This document shows positions 63,286 through 64,000 of a DNA stretch of 64,000 bases, one piece after another; the stretch's first letter is position 1; each line of letters opens with the position of its first letter. The notes under the pieces are model-generated. The model made no database searches. It had not been told where the DNA came from and saw nothing but the letters and a program-made list of their open reading frames with translations. The stretch is from Eledone cirrhosa. Its lineage: Eukaryota. The DNA lies in the NCBI GenBank assembly GCA_964016885.1, contig OZ024759.1, positions 26,660,001 through 26,724,000 of the forward strand. Reading direction: 5' to 3'. A program made the translations under genes and the position numbers.

Positions 63286-64000
63286 TTTTTTATCAATGGA
63301 GCACTGGCAAATATAATCCCAGTGGGGTTTGAATAGATCAAAGCAAATATATTTAATGAAAACAACAGGCTAGTTTATCTGGCTTCCTACAGATTCTGCT
63401 GTCAACTTCCCAAATTTTATTAACAAAACATAGAAATATTTTCAACAGAATTGCCATATGGAATAAAAATTGTTTACAGTAAATTTTGGTTGCTTGCGTC
63501 AGAAATTTGTATGGTGAAAATGTAGCTTTGTTGATGAATATATATATATATATATTGTATGTGTATCTATCTATCAATATATATATATTTATATATATAT
63601 AGTGTGTGTATATCTATCTATCTATCTATGAATAAATATATATTCATAGATACATAGATTTATATAGTGTTGTCAACATTGTTGTTTGGAATTATTCGTA
63701 AGCAAGACAATCCCCTGTAGCGATATATATATAGTCAGGAAGCATCAAGTGATTGATGAGCTGCGAGATGACTATTTATATACACATATGTGTGTATGTG
63801 TCCACGTTTTTGTCTGTCTAGGTTTGTGTGTGTGTGTGTTTGTCGTTTCAAAAATAATATTTATCTATCATTTCTTCATCAATGAGAAGACACTTTTAAA
63901 AAATATAGGACGAGAAAATATCAGTTCTGAAACTTTTGCTCTAAAGTAGAGCAGTTTTTATAATGAAGATATATCATCCTACATAATAAATGTATTGAGT

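Noticed and set aside
63353-63949. Short ORFs as further exons
   Set aside because: No convincing splice-site pair in a compatible phase

Overview
Eukaryotic, very AT- and microsatellite-rich DNA; the repeat content suggests an octopod cephalopod (inference). Almost all ORFs in the supplied track are (TA)n/(CA)n artefacts. The main gene is a divergent equilibrative nucleoside transporter (SLC29/ENT family) on the + strand, which I assembled by hand as 14 coding exons from 20033 to 54810. All introns are GT-AG and phase-consistent; the CDS is 1629 nt (542 aa) with a long acidic N-terminal extension. Possible 3' exons of an unidentified convergent gene lie on the - strand at about 59.2-61.8 kb. 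The rest is tRNA-derived SINEs, RTE-like LINE fragments, piggyBac/hAT/Tc1-type MITEs, a duplicated ~610-bp LTR-like repeat and satellites. The most notable hidden signal is a set of minimal type-I hammerhead ribozymes of Penelope-like-element/retrozyme type from several unrelated families, often inside fold-back hairpins embedded in (TA)n tracts. These include a ~430-bp palindrome carrying two hammerheads in ENT intron 11 and a U3-A8 core variant. Repeat boundaries are approximate.
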